A stretch of 64,000 nucleotides of DNA, taken from positions 47,554,001 to 47,618,000 of the forward strand of contig NC_091994.1 in NCBI RefSeq assembly GCF_044704955.1, given 5' to 3'. Both the position numbers and the translations under genes were made by a program. The stretch comes from Pristiophorus japonicus (lineage: Eukaryota). Shown here piece by piece: positions 62,114 to 64,000 of the stretch. Each line of letters begins with the position of its first letter. Position 1 is the stretch's first letter. The notes under the pieces are model-generated. The model was given only the letters and a program-made list of their open reading frames with translations. It was not told the origin of the DNA and did not search any database.

Positions 62114-64000
62114 TGTAGGGGAGGATGAAAACCGGTCATTTTACCAAGAAGGAAAAGGGTTGTGGGATCGGTCTGTGCTGTGAATTGAAACCAAGACGGT
62201 TTGACCTTGGCAGAGCAGTGATTGGACAGGGAAGGACACCGGAGGGCCAATGGTGGGACAGAGTCAGCCCGAAGCATGCGGCTTTCAATCCAATGGGAGA
62301 GCAGTTGCTTGAAAACTGTGGGACTCATAGCCATTATCGGGCTATTGTCTTCCCCATGTTTACATTATGGAAGTAAATTATGCAGTCCTTCAGAAAACTA
62401 GGGAACCCAAAACAAACCAAAGGCCTACACAATGGCTACAGGAGGCCAACCCAATTAACACCTACTCAAACCTTGAGTAGGTTAGAAAAACTGAATTGGA
62501 GGAAAATTATGCAGACCTTCAGAAACCAGGGAACCCAAAACAACCCAAGGGCCTACACAATGGCTACAGGAGGCCAGCACAATCAATACCCACTCAAACC
62601 TTGAGTAGGTTAACATCAGTGGAAAAAACCCGCAATAATCTAAAAGGGCTGCTTTTTCAAAATCACAAAGCCCACCAATGGGAAGAATCGATTTCAGCAG
62701 GAGAGGCGGACTGGATAATCTGGCTATAAAAAGTGGTTTCTGACGTATTGTGGGTAGTTCCCTGCTCTCATGATCCAACAACCAGCAAGCCTCTCGACAC
62801 TCAAGGAAAACCAGTGTCCGAAGACACCGAAGATAGAAGAAACAAACCACCAGACTGCAGAAGGCACAGTAGTGAGTATAACCTCTGGTCCCCGGAACTC
62901 CCAACTCAGTTAGGCCAGGAAAGGTGGGAGGTTGGGCATTGTACTGCTAAACTTGTGTAAAGATTTTTGTTGTGTCCGTTTAGTGGGATTTGGGGGATTG
63001 TTTTGTTGGTGTATTGCTGTTTGTTGAGATACACCTTGTCAAATAAATTGGAAGCCTAAGTTCCTCTTGGAATCACCTTGTCTCAGTTATATTGTATTAC
63101 ATCTCCTGATCGTGAGTCTTATGTCAGAACAGTGTAAGGGAAGCTAGGAGTGCCTCGAAAATGCTCAACTGTGTGTCACAGGCTCGGGAAGAAGGGGTTA
63201 GGAGTGTTTGACACTCACAGGTGCCTCACAGGCTAGGCATAAGCTGTGGGGATGCACGAGTCTCAAAACCCCCTTCATAAGCTGTGGACACAGTCTCTCC
63301 AGGGGTGCTCTTGCAGCACTCAGGGTCTCTCACAGGCCAGGCATAAGCTGTGAGGGCAGAAGCCCAGAGAGAGACACCCAAGGCACAACAACACTCGCTG
63401 AGAACCCCTTACAGAACATGGTGAACGCCGCAGGACATAAGCAAACAGGAGATGTTAATATAACAGATGAGGTGATAAGAGAGGAAACTAAAATGGAGGA
63501 GAGAATTTCCTCATACATTTTTGGCAAGGTGAACCTCACCAAACCTTGGGTGCAAGCCCTCACACGGGCAGAGCGCCCAGTGGATGCTTCTGCCCAGTGG
63601 ACAGCAGGGAAGGACCACAACTGCAGGGTGGAAAAGGCCATCTGGCTTATCTGCTTCACCCGCCAAGTCCGAAAGCTCGACCAGCGGGTGAAGGACTTGG
63701 AACAGAGTCTTCAGAAATCAGAGGAGCTCTCTGCTATCCGGGCTGCGGTTGGGGACAACCTGCTGGCCGAATTAGCTGTGGAGCAGCAAGGGAAGAGGCA
63801 GTTGGAGGAGACCTTCCGAAATAGCCGGGACTATCTTCAGTGTCAGGTCACTGAGGCCAAGGGTAGTGAGGGGTCCATCTGGGAACAGAACTCTCGGTAC
63901 ACCCAGAAAATTTGGGAACCAGAGAATAAATTAAAAGACGTACAGGCAGCCTATAAAGTGGCCAGTAGCAGTGAGTTTGCAGATGACGGTCCCTGCCAGG
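62114..64000 (+). mobile_element. ERV copy 2: 5' LTR (62114-63413), PBS-like site at 63419, gag open from 63493 to the window end
   Basis: Same insertion point in Gypsy A as 16200; LTR begins TGTAGGGG and ends CCCCTTACA. Confidence 0.92.

Larger units (their letters stand above)
45052..64000 (+). repeat. Segmental duplication, copy 2 (runs off the window end)
   Basis: Same order and sequence as 1-17958. Confidence 0.97.

Overview
Eukaryotic DNA from a cartilaginous fish (shark-like; inferred from the cluster-type Ig organisation and the repeat families). The window holds two complete, apparently functional immunoglobulin light-chain clusters (L-V-J-C, sigma-type, split V/J with 12/23 RSS) at 4.8-13.7 kb and 50.9-59.6 kb. 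They belong to a head-to-tail segmental duplication with a period of about 45-46 kb (1-17958 recurs at about 45052-64000). The space between the clusters is filled with nested transposable elements: CR1 LINEs, SINEs, two K02A2.6-like Gypsy elements with TSDs and a deleted Harbinger-like element. The most unusual element is a decayed ~10.5-kb provirus (16200-26741) with ~1.2-kb LTRs, a coiled-coil/CCHC Gag, a UGA-CUAG gag-pol junction, and a Pol with both a tether and a retroviral-type RNase H. Its env-like gene combines an Ig-like domain with a Cys-rich, F-protein-like membrane-anchored region, which makes it a candidate lokiretrovirus-like ERV. No prokaryotic features and no CRISPR array are present.
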